A stretch of 64,000 nt of DNA, from the NCBI GenBank assembly GCA_973895155.1, contig OZ316891.1:21092169-21156168 (forward strand), in the 5' to 3' direction. This document shows positions 51,858-64,000 of this stretch, in pieces. Every line of letters starts with the position of its first letter. Position 1 is the stretch's first letter. Under the pieces are notes generated by a model. That model worked only from the letters and a program-made list of their open reading frames with translations. It had not been told where the DNA came from and made no database searches. Origin of the DNA: Marsupella aquatica. Taxonomy: Eukaryota; Plantae; Marchantiophyta. A program made the position numbers and the translations under genes.

Positions 51858-53006
51858 GAGTGTCTGGATGGCTGTTGACTAGAGAACGGGTTAGGGAAAC
51901 TATGTTTCTGACCGCGATCATACTGAAAGCCGATGAGAGTGTCTGGATGGCTGTTGACTAGAGAACGGGTTAGGGAAACTGTCGGTCTGATCATGGACTT
52001 CTTCCATCTCCAGGGGAGTTCGTCCAAAGTGTAATACATTGAATCTACTTCAAAAGGATACAATCATAGGAGAGCACTTTCATTGCAGGATCGAGGTTTT
52101 CTGTGATGATTTTGACAGCTTCGATCCAACGAAGGCAGACTGACGGTGTGAGCAACGAGTACGCTAGGGCGAATATCGATCATCAATCTAAGCAGCCATC
52201 ACCGAAATTATCATCAACGCTGGCATTCGTCCGATCATTTCAGGTTAATGCCCTCTGTTGCGTGTCCGAGATGACCAGACCGTTGTGTTTTCTGCTCGGG
52301 TGTTCTTTTGCCTGTATGGTAGTTGATGAGAAGGTGAGGTGAACTATTGCAAGTCAAAGTAATTGGCATAACTTCATCAGGTAGAGCTTTTATGATCGAT
52401 GGAACTTCGATCTGGTGTGTCATGAGATTGTCTTCACATAATGCAGACTTGATCGTGTGATTTGGAACCCCTCAAGACAACTCTTTGCAGCGATGGTTGA
52501 GAACTCAAATCCATTTCATGCGTCGACAGTTAAATCTCCCTCTCTACTTCTTTTGTGAAGTTTTTTAGTTTTTCGTGGGGGACTAGAATCTTTACTTTTA
52601 TCTGTACACATAGGAAACAGATTATGCTCTACTCCTAATCGCTGGATAGATACTGTCAACAACTTACGACTGAGGTTGTGTAAGAGTACGGGCGTAATAT
52701 CTCAGAACAATTATCTAGGAGGAGACCTCGACAACCTTTTTGGTCCGTATTCTTCTCCCAATCACATTGATGAGATTGAACATTTTTTTCCAAAGCAAAA
52801 TGATGAAAGCTTCATGAATGGATTTCATTTCGTTTTTTGAGGTTAAAAAAATGATGAAAATTACTAAACTCTGAAATGAAAATATCAAAAAGCTTAATTC
52901 CAAAAACCTCTAAGTTCCGACTTCCAAGCCAAGCCTTCATCACCTAGTGTCGATGCACTCTATCATTGAGCTGACAAAGTATCATACAATGAGTGGCTGC
53001 ACAAAA

Positions 53007-53225
53007 TTTGCACCCACCTCTCCAATTATTCAGCAATTTCACGCACATGATTTGCACCCACCTCTCCAATTATCCAGCAATTTCGCGCACATAATTTGCA
53101 CCCACCTCTGCACCTAACTCTCCAATTAGCCAGCAACCTTACTGTAATTATAAAGCCCCAAGGGCCAGAATAAGACTCTAGAAGCACCCGCCTCTGCACC
53201 TACCTCTCCAGTTAGTCAGCAATCT
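53007..53225. repeat. Short degenerate tandem repeat (about 43 bp)
   Basis: TTTGCACCCACCTCTCCAATTA..CAGCAA repeated 3-4 times. Confidence 0.7.
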
Positions 53226-56200
53226 TAGACTCTAGGCTTCTGGAGTGAAGTCTCTAAACGGTGACTCTAGGGCTCAGCCAAAACATATGTACATTTACAT
53301 GTGTGGTGACTCTAGGGCACAGCCAAAACATATGTACATTTATATATGTATTTATATATATATATATATAGACATGATGATATATTATGTATGATATGAA
53401 TATGAATGAAAGTATATGTGCATGTAAAGAACATTGCATAGGCATGCTGATATATTATATATGACATGAATGATTATGATTTTATCATTTCATTACTATT
53501 TCAAGGATGAGAATAGGGAATGTATTTTTGCTACATTTTATTGTACTCCTCCCTACTCATTCAAAGAAAGGGTAGTGCGGGTTAGTTTCACATTTTCAGT
53601 TAGTATAACCTATTATCTTGGGAAGGGGGTTACCTACAATAGACTACTACCGTTGTGAACCTTGCAAATTCTATTATTATACCAATACCGTCAGAAACTA
53701 TAAAAAAACATGTTGTGTTTTTTATAGTGGTCGTCTGTTGAAGCGCCCAAAAAAATTAAGAATCTTAACATTCACATTTACTGTGAAGAAAAAAGTGACA
53801 CTCTTTTCCAAGTAAGACAAAGGAGTGTTTTCGAAGCAAGAAAAAGGAGCTGCCAAATAAATCAAGTCACCATCCACACATCATCTAAAATAAATTTTTA
53901 ACATCTTTTACTTGTCTTGTAATTTTTTTTTATTTAGTCATTTTTTCTCACATTGACATCTTTATCTTGCCACTACTTTATTTTTCCCCGCATTGACATC
54001 TTTATCTTGCCACTACTTTTTTTTATTCACCCTGGACGTCTTTACTCTCACCCTGGACATCTTTTCTCTGATCATGATTTTCTTGTGAAGCCTCGCTGAA
54101 GGGATTTGTGGGAATGTGCAATTACTGGACTGATGCTCCAGGACTAGTATGTATTGCAGCGTTTTGCTCTTTACTCAAATGTCAGTTCATCCATTCTCAT
54201 CTCAATTGTCAAATGTATTGTGGTATCAGAGATAATACCAGTAGTCCTCTTGCAAGGAATTGAATCTCAATTGCAGAGACTGCTGAGTTCCCTGTGCACT
54301 GTCCTCGCTAGATCAATTTAATCAGAAACAGGGTATCAATGGCGATTAGATCCAGTACTGAGGAAGGTTTATGAGCAATGCTCGAGCCCCGATTGGTGAT
54401 TTCTATGGAAAATTGTGCTAATGGAGGGAGGTATCATCACTATTACTGCTCTGTTTTGTGTGGTTGTGATCAAGTTGTTATATGTCCAGGGTTGTCCACC
54501 TACGGCGGAGGCCTGTGTGGACTTCTCCAAGTTCAAAAGAATATTAATGGCAGGATTGATGTCACCATGTGGTGGCTGAAGTGAAAAGTTGTTAATTGTA
54601 AAAATTTACATTATACATAGAGCAGGGACGAGCACATTTTGAAGAACTTCGCCAGAACCCATAAAAGCCGGCCATCATCAGGAAGAGACTGCTGTTGTGA
54701 GAACAAATGTTGGCATATTTCAGCTGTGTGCACAAGTACTTACCCTTCAAGCTACACACCTCCTCCGAATGCGTTCATTTCACTGGGTGATTCCAGACGA
54801 TGGGGGTTTCCGGTGATTACATATTGCTTTGGAAGAGTTATCATCAGCAAAACTGGAAAACCCCCTAGCATACCGCTAATAAAAACAAGCGGGAATTATT
54901 ATATTAGAAGGTTCAGAGCTTTCTATTCATCTGACAATGAATTAAGAAATTCATGGCCAAAAATACATCTTCTTCGAACGTAGTAGAGATGCGGAAAGAC
55001 TAAAATATTGTGATGATTAGACTGGATATTTTCTAGTGTGGTTTATTTGTCCCAAGAGTATCGGCAGTTGCCGAAACTGATCCATAGACTTTATTTTCTG
55101 TAATTGAATATGATGCCAAGTAGCATTGCCAAGCGTCTCTCCAATTAGTCCGTGCAACAAATTCCTTCTGCAGCCAAGGTACCAAGAAAGCACGGTAACT
55201 CCTGTCTGTTTCTGTCAAAAACTTGACAAACAGGAACCATTTAGTAAGTACATAGACTACTTCGCAACTGGAACCTTTTAGTAAGTACATAGACTACTTC
55301 GCTACTGTTCTATGAGCCGCTTCTTTAGAAGGTTCCGGGTCATCTTTGGGCTCAACTCCGAAGGATCTGCCTCCTTCCTTACAAATTTCAGTGGGGGTCC
55401 GTTTGGTTATAGAACATCGGTTACCTCATGTAAAATATTTGGGCTGTCACATTGACACGGGGTCACCTGAGAATTGTTAATGTGAGCATTCAGATAGAAC
55501 GGATTCATTGTGATATAACTTAGAACAACGATTCTTTCGGTGAACATCTTGTCTTGGTCCATGTGTCAGTTCATGTCATTGCATTGGAACAACATATGAG
55601 TAATAATATTCTGTGAAGGCATTGACAGTATTGGTTGCAGTTAGGGAGCTTTCAAGGAATTTGGCTCACAATGCGACAACATTCTCCAGCTATTTGGCGA
55701 TGTAGTAGGACCGTGCCCTACTGCCATTGCAGTGTAAAATAGTTTTAGGATTTGCACGCTTACTTTTGCAAACAAACGAGGTTGAAATTGCTGGTTTTGC
55801 GATTTGCAAGTAGGGCTGCTTGGGCAGATGCCACGCTTGTATATTAAAGCTTCACGAGGGCAGAAGACAGTGAGAGCGACTCCAAAATTTTCAGGGCAAC
55901 CTCTTTAAGCGCATCGTTTACACTGGCGTCGAGGCTCAATTATACGGTTATGGAAGCATAAGCCTGCCTGTCCCAAATTAGATGGCTACTGAACACGATG
56001 TTTTCTTTGTTCTAGGAGTGCAGCAATCGTGTACGAGACTGCGGATTCGAGGTTCTACGTGTCTTCCAAAACCTTGAAGCCGTTCCATTTCTGCGGGTCT
56101 TGCCATCTGGCTGGAGGCTTTATCGTTCAGTTTTCAATGACTTGTGCTTAAGATTTCCTTCGGTATAACATAACAGCAACTGCGTAGCCTATCACTGATG

Positions 56201-57013
56201 CCCGAAGTTCCGTCTCCAGTTGGCTTGTCTCCACCTGCTCCGTACCACCAGAGCAACTTTCTCTACTGTCGTCTCCTTGTTCAAAGCCGTGGAATTGTAG
56301 GGGAGAGAATGAAGTTTTCTTTGGCAACGTGCGACCCCATGTCTGCCCATGTTCAGCCAGTGGAGCGCACAGCTTATCAATCACTTGGCAAAAAATGAGA
56401 ATTACCAAGTTCTATTGTTTCGATTCAATCCCTGTTTCAGTTGGGAGATTCTTTGAACTCCACTATTCTCGAGGACGTTCCTTCCCAACTTTCACATTGA
56501 CTTGCTGGTATGTGGTTTTGATTTCGATATATTCTTCGCTGTAAAGGACAAAACCTTCCATCTGAGCACCACCACGTCAATGTTTCGAAAACTGGAAGAA
56601 CTTTGAACTCTCGCAAAACATCATTTCACCATCTGCCCAATGAATCCTCCAACTGAATTCCAACTCAAGTCCTGGAAATACACGTCGAGCTAGCTGTGAT
56701 TTCTTATAGTAACGTCAGCGGAGTGATGGAAGTTCGCAGTGCGGTTGGGAGGCTTCGGTCCACAGTATAATAATTATCCAGAGCTTCCGCATTTCCCAAA
56801 TGACATGGCATTCAGGTACCGCTTCAGAGGAGAGATCGTACACTCTAGCCCAGACGAAAGTTCATTGTTACATTGACCATTGGAAAATAAATACAGTACT
56901 GCAATAATCCATATGTACATTACAGGGGTTGGCATCACCTCCGATATCAGGCAATGCTGGTAGCGCTGTCTCACTGTTCCGACAAAAGTCAATTGATAAA
57001 TCTTCTCATTGAC

Positions 57014-58710
57014 CTAACGTGCATTTCCGTAGCTTCCATGATACTGAGGCACACGCCCATTGGGAAGGGGGTTATAACCAGTAGATGATTTTGCAGCTTG
57101 TGTAGACACCAACCTTCGCACCTTATTCTTGTCTTGTTGTTCTCGTTTCAACCTCTCTGCTCGCAACTCTTCCACTGTCTTTTTCTTAGACTTGTCTTTC
57201 TTGTTCCCCGAACTACCTAAGAGATTGAGTTAGCCAGCAACAGAAAATAGGTTAGGTCTAGCAAAAACCCGTCGACAGTATTACCAAATTACTCCAGCCA
57301 CGTTACAAGATAAACAATCCGAGCCCATGTTCCTCCCTCGAAAGAAGGAAACCCAAGACAAGCAAATGGCTGCTGACCTTCAAGACTACGGATACGTATG
57401 CGACTAAGAACAGACTTCAACGGCTACAAGGGGACCTAGAGCAGCAAACTTTCAAAAGGTAATCCTATTTCTGCCAAGTCATCCTCAACCAATTCACAGA
57501 CTAGCATGCCAGAAGTAACAATACAAAAGCAATGAGATCCTTCTAATAGTCTTCTTGCTATGATCCAGTTGCTAACATATATAAGAATACCAAATTTATC
57601 GCAATCACCATACTAGAAGGCCGATCATTCAGGAGAAAGCAACTGTATAGAATTCAGACGCCAAAAACGCAGAGAGACTATGGATCCAATTAGACAACCA
57701 CGACTATCTTCGATTACTCGAGCCTAAATTGCTTCTACGGTGAGTGACCCGGCATGATTTTTCGGCCCTCGTGATGTTCACGAGCTAGACGATCACAACG
57801 TACTCTGGTCCAGTTGCAACCGAGAGGGGCCCAAAATCCTCAGTCTAACCTTCGACTATCAAATACTAAAGCTGAGAAGGACACATCGGATGAAAGGTTT
57901 TCAGGGTTTGACAATAATTAGAACGACGTCAGGAGAGTCTCTTTCATTCTACGAAACCAAAAAGCAATGTAAAATGTTTTAATGTCAACTAACCCATTAT
58001 CTTCTGATGTGGGGACATTCGGTCAAAATCAACCATTAGAACCGATACATACCAGCTATCTGCAATTTCGAATCGGATTTACGTTGCTCGCCGTCCTCCG
58101 GACTGGTTCTGTCTACCATGAAGCTTTTGTACGTATACCACGGCTTCTTCCCATTTTTGTCCAGCAACCCATGGCCTAAACCGTAATTCTCATTCACAGG
58201 CTCTCCTGTTGGTTTCCCATCCACTTTCTCTACCCCTGCCCCCGCAATTCGCTCCTTCCGCGACCCCTCCTCCCTTCCTCTTTTGCTCTCCCTCTCTTCA
58301 CCACCCTTCCTGCTACCCTTCGCCGCTCGATCCTGACCCCTACCGTGAGAAGGCCCTTCCGCTAGAGCTCTAGCCTCAAAATCTGCGAAGAAGTTCATAT
58401 GCTGTGGCCTCTCCGCCCCCGCGGTCGATTCTCTCACGACAATCGCACCCTCCTCAGCAACACCCCCTTTCAAGGACGACGATGCTCTTTCTGAACCCTC
58501 TAGCTGTTCTACTCGTCTCCTCTTCGACTGATTAACTTCTCGTAGAACATCCAATTTGAACTCCAACTCCGCCTGCCGAGCCTTTTGCCGCCGAATCCGC
58601 TCTTCCAGGGCCGCGGCTTCCTCATCTTTTCGCACTCGCTCCCGGTTGTCGAAATTGTAGACGTTCCAGCGCTTCTGTGGGAGGATGTTCAACCCTCCGT
58701 GGCCACCCAT
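57014..58710 (-). CDS. Cir_N-domain / LENG1-like protein, copy B, apparently intact; exons 58710-58053 and 57216-57014, 286 aa
   Basis: MGGHGGLNILPQKRWNVYNFDNRERVRKDEEAA; HMNFF; KKPWY; GT-AG intron; exon 2 KKTVEELRAERLKRE...YHGSYGNAR*. Confidence 0.88.
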
Positions 58711-60649
58711 GACGGATGTCTCTCTCTCGCTGCCTCAGTCCAGAAATCTCACCCCTTGTCAACAACCCGAATTCGAGGAGAATCAAGCAACGATAAATCC
58801 TTTGTTCAGTCCACAAATTCTCCTGCGTTGGAAACAACTTGATGGCGTGGCGAATCGATCGCGAGAAAGTAGGTCTCTCTCTCTCTTTGCCTAAGTCCAG
58901 AAATCCAGAAATTTGATGTCGAGGAGAAACAACCAAAAGAAGTCAGGTCTCTCGATTTCGCTCCGTCTGAAAATTCCCCTCCCTTGAGAACGACTTGATG
59001 TCTGATGAGGAGACCCAACGACGGGAAATTAGGTCTCTCGCATTTGCTCAATTCACAAATTCTCCTTCGTACGAAACCACTTGATGGCGTGGTGAATCAA
59101 CCGAGTCAAGTGAGGTTTCTCTCGTCTGTGCGCTCCAGACGAATTCCCCTTTGTTCGAAACGACTTGATGTCCAGGAGAATCAGTCACGAGCAGTTAGGG
59201 CTCTCGCTTTTACTCAGTCCAGAAATTCTGTGATCTTCTAGGGCGTCCCAACCTTTGCTGTCTCCTTTTTCTTTTCAATCGGCCATTCTAAGAAATCTAT
59301 TTCCAGCCATTTTTTGGTGGGCAAAAGCTCTCCAAAAACCTACCTAGAAGAGGGGCTGGCTTGGCTACTGATACTGGGGCTAAATTCTGGAAAAATTGCA
59401 ACCATTTGTCTCATCAGGATCAAGGGCTGGCATCATTCCCAAGCAAAGCCTACCGCAAGATAAAGATCAAGGGCTGGCATCATTCACAAGCAAAGCCTAG
59501 GGAAAGATAAAGGTTGTTTGCTTGCTACTCATTACCATGTAATGTACATAGTTGCCAGGCATCAAAGAGTGGTTGGTGCTCCCAAGAAGGTTTCCAAACA
59601 AGTTAATTTCAAGCTTCACTTCAAGTTTACCTCACTCCCTTGAGTACTAACAACTAACAAGCCACAAGTGACCTTTAAGTTTCAGTTTCTATTAAAGAGA
59701 GCAGTTTTTCAAGTTCCCGTTCGCCACCTGAGCGCACTGCTAAATTTTGGGATGTTTGAGATCAGTTGTTCAAACTACTTACCCTTCACCACCTGAGTGC
59801 ACTGCTAAACTTTGAGATTAGTCAGTGAACTTACTCTTAACCACCACTATTCATATAAAAGGGGGAAGTGTCCAAGCCTTCTCCCTGTTTCACTTTTCTC
59901 TCATTCTTCTCTTCTCCCGTCCCATATTGGTCCACAAATTCAGGAAAGAATACTATTTATGGTGAACTCTGGTGTAACCAAGTTATTGTCATTGCTAGTG
60001 GTGGTGTAAATTGCCACTGTTCATATAAATAGCATAAGCGCCAAAGTGCGGTCACTTCATTCTCTCTTCTGCTGCCCAAAGTAGCTCTGCATGTATTTGT
60101 ATGCATGTAACAAGGATTCCTTGAAGCGCAAGGTGTGTTTGGCTTGATATTTGTGTATGATCGGATTGGGCGAGATTAATTGTGTATTGTTTCGGATTGT
60201 TTACGATCGTGTTTCCTTTCATGTGAAGATTATTGTAGATTTTGGACATGTGTGGACATGAGTTCCACTTGAATGTGTCTCATTCTCTTCTGTTTGGTTG
60301 TGCCTATGTGTGGATGTATATGACTTGTCATGTATGTTGTGAAGCGTTTTGTATACACACGACAAAAGAGAAGTGTTGTGATCTTGCCGCTCGGCTGCTC
60401 CATTGCTACCACCATATAGTTTCTCTTTCGACATTGTCTACTGTAGTTTCCTTTCATGGATTGTTGTGAGGCAAAAATTATGCGTTTTGTGAAGATTCAG
60501 ACCAAGTGTGTGACAATGATCTACCCAGGCTGGTCAATTAGCCATGTAAGTGAATGTGAAACAGGGACCTATTGCCAAGACCAACCTGCAATGCATGCGC
60601 ACTTGAATGTTACCTCCTTGCCGGAGAAATTCTCAGGCTGCATTGCAAC

Positions 60650-60830
60650 AGAAACGTAATCTGGCAGCACTTCACAATGAAATGGACTTGTTGTGGACAC
60701 TCTTCACATGAAAAGCATATCGCCACTAGGCAACAGCATGGCAGGAAAAGAATTGCTCAACGTGAACACTCGCAGAGCATGGGCAGAGCAAACTTCCTCA
60801 ACTACGCTTCGGAAACACTTGCGCCCTCAG
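60650..60830 (+). pseudogene. Possible decayed BED zinc finger (hAT-like transposase remnant)
   Basis: RNVIWQHF...TCC in one frame and TSSTTLRKHL in another; fragmentary. Confidence 0.3.
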
Positions 60831-62239
60831 TAAATTGAGTAGGGACATTAGGACAGGTGTACAACAGACCGGGCCAAAAAGTACCGGGCAGTCTGCCCAT
60901 ACTGACCTGCCAAAAATTGTTGGGAATGCCCGGAGCTGGATTTGGCTTAAATCAAGAAACCTGGCGATCCAGTTTTGTTAGAAAGATCCCGAGTCTTCCA
61001 AAAAACAATTTTAATTAGCAAACTCCCTCCAATATGTATAAGGGTTAAGCTAACTAGGGTAACCTCAAATGACGTTGCATTTGTCAGTGGGCACCTGACA
61101 GAGCCTTATTCGCAAACCCTACTCCTCAATACCCCACCCAGCCATCTCAACTCCCATTGCCAGCATGGGGCCCTTTACAAAATTGTCAGGGCATTCATAA
61201 CAATGTTGGGCTTCAAAAAGCAGTAGTGTATTCAAGGCTTGCAACTGCCCACACTCTCCCCTCACTTTTACTGGAGAGACTGCACCTAGATGTATGCACA
61301 TTTAGTTGTGTGGCAAGTGCAGGAGAACCTGGAATGAGAGGTTAATTAATGGTTGCTAATTAGCTTGAAGTGGAAGGCTCCAAAACCTTGGTGGGAAGTT
61401 TCATCAACTTGCCCTCCCATTCCAAGTTGCTAATTAAAAATGTTTTGGAGACGAGGTTAGAAATCAGGACGACAGCAGTTTGTGGGGTAGGCTAGCGAAA
61501 CACGGTATGTCAGTTTTCACCTTAGCCAACTTGTCATCGACCGTTTACTTACCTATCATAGGAAGAAAGCTCTGGGCCCCTCCAGCGCGTGATGGGCCTT
61601 TCGGGCCGTCGATCTCCCCGCCTCCTTCTCCATTCAACGGCTCCGCACGATTCTCTGCCGTTTCGCTCCGTACCATAGTTAGGCCCGAAGTAACGCGAAG
61701 GACCGTGAAGGTCTGAAGGACCGAGCAGGACCGTACTTGCAGCAGTCCTTACGGACCGTACCGTACCAATCCCGAGGACTCTGGGTCTCTGGCAATGCAG
61801 CAGTGCTGACGAGTGACGACGACACAACTCGCAGTACCGTAATTAGTACTTAAGCTCGAGCCTAATAAATTACTCGAGTGGAGGTTGACTAAAACTTGGA
61901 TTATCATGACTGCCGTTCAAAGAGACAGAGTAGTGCTTATAGTAATATAGTTGCTTACATACTGCATTACTGCTTCCATAGGGCGTTGCATTTATTATCG
62001 GGAAGTGGATCGATGATCCGAACATCGTCACCCTCGTCACTCTGCGCCAACGTGAGCGCAGAGCGCACCAATGCTGCGGAGGACGGGCCGATTTTGAAGT
62101 CTCGTTCATTAATGCCCAATTGCCTAATTTGGTCCCATTCATCAATGCGCACTGGTACGAGGGTACTTTACAGTTTACTATCCTCATTTTGAATATTCAG
62201 GAAAGTGAGGTAGTAAACACAAAAATTGCTTCCGAGACA

Positions 62240-62685
62240 GACAGAAAGTGAGGTGATTAAGGGTGGAGCTGTGATGCTTTTGGATGGCAAAACACTGAAC
62301 TACTGAAGTAAACTGAACTTAATGGAGGAAATGAATGTAGAGGAACGTGAGGTAATTAAGGGTGGTATTGTGATGGTTTTCGATGCTAAAACACACACAA
62401 GTAAACTCTACTTAAATAGAGGTAATGAAGGATGCAACTGTGATGGTTTTGGATGCTGAAACACGGAAGTCACCTGAACTTGATGGACGAAATGTTAGTT
62501 CAGGAACGTGATGTAATGAATAGGGTAGACCTGTGACGGTTTTGGATTCTGAAACACGGAAGTAAACTGAACTTAATGAGGGAAAATATTGTTTAGGAAA
62601 GTGATGTCCTGTAGTTATGGTGGAACTGTGGTGGCTTTGGATGCTAAAAACACGGAAGTAAATCGAGCTTGATGGAGGAAATGAC
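62240..62685. repeat. Degenerate tandem repeat of about 100 bp (4-5 copies)
   Basis: Recurrent TGTGATGGTTTTGGATGCTAAAACAC..AAGTAAACTGAACTTAATGGAGGAAATG. Confidence 0.75.
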
Positions 62686-64000
62686 AGGGTACTGTAATAG
62701 CCTAGCAGGTTGAGCTATGGGAGAGAGACCAGTGAAAGGCGTCTGGGGTCCAGTAATTGCATATCAAAATATGACATGTACTGTACAGTACATGGCTCCA
62801 TACCATGATAAACCTTTTCTCAATTTAAATGAGTGAGTGCACATTGTAGATGATCACATTTGAAGTGTGCAGAACATATTTTGGCATGCTCCATTGCCTG
62901 CACATACCTACAGAGAAACGTATTTGTGTTACCATTGTACTGTTTCTATTGGTTCAAAAATGCTGGTAAATCAACTAATAAACGCACAGTTGGAATTAAA
63001 GCACGACCATCGACCATGCAAGCTTGTTGTTGTTGTTGTTTTGGCATCATCGTCTTCTTCTTTCAAACTACTGCTTTCCTTTTATAAGAAAGCAGCATAA
63101 TGCCATTGGAGAGGTATAGTCTTCATGTACACCTAGCTGAAAAAGTTTACTTGACTGACCCCAAGAAAGCTAATTTGTAGTTAGTCCCTCCCTAAAGTTT
63201 TGTTAGAGTTTAACATTTTTGTGCCAAATATTCTTGTAGGGGCTCTTGACTGGATACTATAACTGGTTTGGGTAAATGATAGTGAACAGTGACTACAGGC
63301 ATTTGAACCACAAACTATGCACACTCTGCATGCCATATCATGAACCGCACATCCCCAGCCATGCATTACCCCACTGACTAACTGTGAGTTTAGAGTAATT
63401 TCAATTGTGAACTGAAGGCAATAACATCAACGTCTTCTGTTGTAAAGTCATATGTAAGAAATATGTTCCACGTATTTGGCATTGTGCTTGTGATTCACTA
63501 GGTTTTCTTGAGGTCTTCACAAAGTTCACAGGCCTCTCAGATAGCACTCTGATGCTAAGGCATAGCTTCAACGGCAGCTCAATGCAATGGATGCACAAGG
63601 GTGGGGTCCTATGAGAGCAAATGGGCATAGTCATTGTGGAGTTACTTGGATTGGTGAGTCTGGCCCATAAGTATTCAAATACACTGTTGTGACACAATTG
63701 TTTGCAGCAATGAGCACTTGAGGTAGGGTCAACCATAGTGACAACAACTTTGGATAGCAATGCACAAAGTAGCATTTGCAATTCTACTTCTATAAAATTT
63801 ACCGTCTGCAATATTATTGTACTCCACAAATTTGAATTACAAAATTTTGGAAGTGTTCAACCCTCAAGTGCAAGTGGGGAGTTCAACGAAGGCAAAGTAC
63901 TCTATGCAACTCTATTCCATGTTAATCTGCCAATTACTTTGCTCTTTGGATCCAATCATCCATCTATACGTAGGTAAGTGCCGATATGGAGGCAACCTCC

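Noticed and set aside
63401-63829. 142-aa ORF, possibly a hAT transposase fragment
   Set aside because: Only a vague CxxH-like resemblance; insufficient evidence.
1-64000. Whole window being fungal or prokaryotic DNA
   Set aside because: A plant-type Cir_N gene with a long intron, Bianca-type copia, SINE/MULE content and low gene density indicate a plant nuclear genome; only the dioxygenase looks fungal.

Overview
Eukaryotic, TE-rich land-plant DNA, most consistent with a bryophyte (inferred from the plant Cir_N/LENG1 gene, a Bianca-type copia and a Sola-like transposase). A two-gene unit is duplicated at about 2.6-10.0 kb and 50.1-60.1 kb, with a truncated third copy at 11.2-14.5 kb. The unit holds an intron-containing 2OG-Fe(II) dioxygenase of strikingly fungal type (horizontal-transfer candidate) and a convergent Cir_N/LENG1-like gene, and the two full copies are reciprocally damaged. 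Between them lies a ~35-kb TE nest: a rearranged Bianca-type Ty1/copia, an 8-bp-TSD GC-rich element, a degenerate Ty3/gypsy, solo LTR-like inserts, and a candidate giant cargo-carrying DNA element (about 21.9-41.7 kb). That element combines a Sola-like DDD transposase, four paralogous F-box-like ORFs, a ParB-like/methyltransferase-like pseudogene, tandem arrays, and a dispersed 16-bp palindrome (ACGCGAC-NN-GTCGCGT). All family calls come from motif recognition by eye; no searches were run.
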